Source of the DNA: Spirochaetia bacterium
Lineage (GTDB): Bacteria; Spirochaetota; Spirochaetia; SZUA-6; Bin103
Direction: 5' to 3'
Length of the DNA stretch: 64,000 nucleotides
NCBI GenBank assembly: GCA_965198005.1
Contig: CBDAOI010000004.1
Coordinates: forward strand, 1,440,001 to 1,504,000
Within the stretch, counting starts at the first letter, position 1. Every line of letters starts with the position of its first letter. Below, piece by piece: positions 61,625 through 64,000 of this stretch. The notes under the pieces are model-generated. The model searched no databases and was not told the DNA's origin. It saw nothing but the letters and a program-made list of their open reading frames with translations. Made by a program: the position numbers and the translations under genes.

Positions 61625-61758
61625 GGGTAGCGGCCGCGGTAGATCGCATCGAGGAAGTCGATATCGTCCGGCGTCAGCGAGAGCGGCGCGCCATGGTCGG
61701 CAGCCAGCGCAGTGAGCCTGTGTACGTTGTGGACATGGTCTTGATTGACTTCTCGATT
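61438..61758 (-). pseudogene. HEPN-domain gene remnant
   Basis: IEKSIK is in one frame, then HNVHRL..FLDAIYRGRYP in another. It starts right at the yafQ stop. Confidence 0.65.
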
Positions 61759-62029
61759 AGTCCGCGAACAGGTCGGCATGCGACCCGGTTCGGACCAAGC
61801 GCAACTCACTGTCCTCGACGCGATAGATCAACAGCCAGTCAAGCTCGATGTGAGCCTCCCGATACCCCTTCCAGATCCCACGGAGTGGATGGTCGAGATG
61901 GCGGGCAGTCAACGGCTGCTGCCGAATCAGCCATGACAGAAGCGCTCGAAGCTTGGTCAGGTCCCGACCTCGCTTGGCAGCCCGCCTCACGTCTCGCTTG
62001 AATTGGGACGACCGAACGGGGATCAGCAT
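61757..62029 (-). CDS. yafQ: YafQ family toxin
   Basis: SSQFKRD, DHPLRG.WKGYREAHI..DWLLIY and RTGSHADLF motifs. Confidence 0.93.
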   Translation of the reverse strand: MLIPVRSSQFKRDVRRAAKRGRDLTKLRALLSWLIRQQPLTARHLDHPLRGIWKGYREAHIELDWLLIYRVEDSELRLVRTGSHADLFAD

Positions 62030-62034
62030 GTCTG

Positions 62035-62292
62035 TCAGATCTCAAGATCCGTGAACAATTCCTCCGCGGTTGCGAACCGCTGGCCCTTTCCCTCGTCCAA
62101 CTCCATCATGGCTTGTTTTGTAGTGGCATTCGGAGCCTGCACGTTGAACGGAAGCCGCTTCTCCTCCGCCACGCGCAGCAACAGCAGCCGAATCGCATCC
62201 GACACAGACAGTCCCATGGCTTGTAACGCTTCCGTGGCTCGAGCTTTGGTGTCGCTGTCGATCCGCGCTCGCACAAAGGTGTCGGCACTCAT
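62035..62292 (-). CDS. dinJ: DinJ/RelB family antitoxin
   Basis: VRARID..K..A..L..MGLSVSDAIR..LPF..PNATT. Confidence 0.93.
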   Translation of the reverse strand: MSADTFVRARIDSDTKARATEALQAMGLSVSDAIRLLLLRVAEEKRLPFNVQAPNATTKQAMMELDEGKGQRFATAEELFTDLEI

Positions 62293-62327
62293 CTGGCTGA
62301 CCTCCTCGGTCTCCTTGACGTGGCTCT

Positions 62328-62355
62328 ATTGTAGTCACAGTAGCGCCCCGGTCAA
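62328..62355 (-). promoter_or_regulatory. Promoter of dinJ-yafQ
   Basis: TTGACC-16 nt-TACAAT on the minus strand. GGAGG RBS downstream. Confidence 0.6.
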
Positions 62356-62536
62356 CCAGCGGACGACGGACCGGCGGCCGAATGCGCTAGGTGCATGAAG
62401 TAGAACAATCGGACGTCTACTCTACGTGGGGTTATTGCGGACCAGTGGCCGAGTTCCCACACCGCGCCGACGACGAACGGCGTATGACCGCATCAGGTTA
62501 CACGGTAGGACGCGCCGTGTGGTGCACCACGGCCGA

Positions 62537-63060
62537 CCGCCGGCGCTGATCGTCGCGCGCTGGTTCGCCGTAGAGCAGGCCGCCATTGAGAAGCTCCAGG
62601 GCGCCCAGGAGACCGCCGCCGACTCAAGACCATCCGGGGCGAACCGGACAACGATGAGGAACGGGCCATCCTCATGCGCTGTCGGGTTGTGCCGGCGCGC
62701 CCACCGGGAGACACAGCGCTCGACGGCGCGGGCGGTGGAACGGTATCTGGTGACGCGCAATTGGCTGTTCGGCCGGTACATCGTCGAGTATGAGCAGAGC
62801 GGTGCCGACCGAGCCGAATACGGGGCAGCGCTGATCAAGAGACTGGCAGACAAGCTGACCATCAGAGGCTGCTCCAGCCGCAGCCTCGCACTGTCCTGCA
62901 AGTTCTACCGGTGCTACTCGGAGATTTTGCAGACACCGTCTGCGCAATTGGAGACCCTGGAGGACGTGGCCTGGAATGGCGCGCGCTTCGTCGCCGTGGG
63001 GTTTCACGGCGCCATCGTACACAGCAGCGACGGCGACCGGTGGAGGCTGGCGCGCGACCA
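62537..63060 (+). pseudogene. Mosaic of two HsdM C-terminal splinters, a DUF1016 N-terminal fragment and one beta-propeller-like repeat
   Basis: PPALIVARWFAVEQAAIEKL, then RLKTIRGEPDNDEERAIL, then RAVERYLVTRNWLFGRYIVEYEQSGADRAEYG, then LEDVAWNGARFVAVG..GAIVHSSDG. Confidence 0.7.
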
Positions 63061-63229
63061 CCGGCATCTGGGGTGCGTGACCGGCGCCGGGCGGGTTGAC
63101 AGAACGGGGCAATATCGGACGCTGGCGCTGCCTCGGGCGGTACGGATGCGGATCAGAAGTGGCCTGGCAGTCTCGCCTCGCTCGACAGGTAGTTGGCCTT
63201 CATAGCAAACTTGCCATAAACTGCTGTCC

Positions 63230-63370
63230 GTGACTTGGCGCGTTGAGACCCTGAACGACACCGTGGATGGGGAACTCGACGCGCTGCCCGCCGACATGCG
63301 AGCGCGGTTTGCGCGGACGCCACGGCGAGAGATTGAGGTGGCGCTGCGACGCGCCGGGGAGGTATCGTAA
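63230..63370 (+). pseudogene. RelE/HigB (Gp49-like) toxin with an in-frame internal deletion (46 aa)
   Basis: MTWRVETLNDTVDGELDALPADMRARFAR is joined directly to TPRREIEVALRRA. Its stop overlaps the antitoxin ATG. Confidence 0.8.
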
Positions 63371-63651
63371 TGAGCACGCTTGCCGGACTGCACGAGCGGT
63401 GGAGCCGAGATGCGGAGTATCGCGAGGCGTATGAGCAACTGGGGCCGGAATACGAGGTGCCCCGGGTGCTGATCGAGGCGCGCACGCGCGCGGGCTTGAC
63501 CCAGGCGGAGTTGGCCACGCGGATGAAAACGACGCAGTCGGCGGTCGCGCGGTTGGAGAGCGGTCGCATACAACCGTCGACGCGGACGCTGGAGAAGGTC
63601 GCGCGAGCAACGGGGACTCGGCTGCGGATCCAGTTCGACAACATCCAGTAA
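63370..63651 (+). CDS. HigA-like XRE-HTH antitoxin
   Basis: EYREAYE..LIEARTRAGLTQAELATRMKTTQSAVARLESG..PS.RTL. Confidence 0.9.
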   Translation: MSTLAGLHERWSRDAEYREAYEQLGPEYEVPRVLIEARTRAGLTQAELATRMKTTQSAVARLESGRIQPSTRTLEKVARATGTRLRIQFDNIQ

Positions 63652-63729
63652 CTGGTCCCAGAGCGACAGGGCAGTTATCGGAAGTCTTCCCCGACGGCGA
63701 AGCGTGCGCCGGGCTGGGGGCCGGGCCGA

Positions 63730-63767
63730 GCAGCGCCTTGGCGTTCCCGGAGTGCGAGGCGTAGCTC
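63730..63767 (+). repeat. Direct repeat copy 2 of the ntpD internal segment
   Basis: 37 of 38 bases are identical to 41571-41608. Confidence 0.9.
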
Positions 63768-63801
63768 GGGAAGTCTTGCGCGTCGGTCCGCCCGTGCAAG
63801 T

Positions 63802-64000
63802 AGGCCAGACCCGTCAGCACGAGTCGTCGCCGTCCGGCTGGTGGCAGGTTGAGGTACTTGCGGAGGGCTCTGCCACCTCCCGCGGAGAGCGATTCGCCAG
63901 GAACCTGTCCAGCGTCGCGAGGCTGTTGTCGGCAAGGGTGACCGCACGTTCGGCGTCGGCTGCGGTAGGATCGCCCAGCGGCAGGAGACCCGATTCCGCG
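63802..64000 (+). repeat. Direct repeat copy 2 (HEPN gene 3' end on the minus strand), truncated by the window end
   Basis: 198 of 199 bases are identical to 61426-61624. Confidence 0.92.

Larger units (their letters stand above)
41957..64000. mobile_element. Defence/accessory island (no integrase seen in the window; may extend beyond it)
   Basis: Abrupt switch after ntpD to R-M, TA, Abi and pseudogene content, with AT-richer patches and duplicated segments. Confidence 0.7.

Noticed and set aside
62426-63205. 259-aa ORF as a novel fusion protein
   Set aside because: A chance in-frame chain of unrelated fragments (HsdM, DUF1016, propeller repeat) with no credible start.
63678-63715. EVFPDGEACA peptide as an IS1595 transposase remnant
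   Set aside because: Too short to distinguish from chance, and no terminal inverted repeats were seen.

Overview
High-GC bacterial chromosome segment, probably a Spirochaetota. This is inferred from a NusG-domain-II protein, an orphan fliG, a V-type ATPase and an amidase-GerMN pair. Region 1-41956 is intact core-like DNA: a CoxL/CoxM-like molybdo-flavoenzyme, thermonuclease-LTD, xseBA, amidase, an NhaP antiporter, a Man-1-P guanylyltransferase, a Liv-type ABC transporter, tRNA-Val(GAC), an RRM protein, fliG, a cyclophilin-FKBP fusion and a complete nine-gene V/A-type ATPase operon with a Na+-type K subunit. It also holds a monocistronic ~2977-aa lipoprotein built from 13 tandem beta-rich modules joined by Ala-rich coiled-coil linkers. 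Region 41957-64000 is a defence/accessory island. It carries an M48 peptidase, an actinobacterial-type topA that looks intact but has its catalytic Tyr out of frame, a PD-(D/E)XK protein, an AbiTii-domain protein and an extended type III R-M operon (PLD-like/SNF2 helicase, DUF4391, Mod, inserted TA modules, Res). The last ~6 kb is a mosaic of shredded genes (hsdM in five splinters, hsdR, two DUF1016 pieces, HEPN, higB) around intact dinJ-yafQ and higA. A 32-bp exact copy of an internal piece of the ATPase D gene lies 22 kb downstream at 63730. No integrase, CRISPR array or rRNA was seen. All family assignments come from motif recognition by eye; no searches were run.
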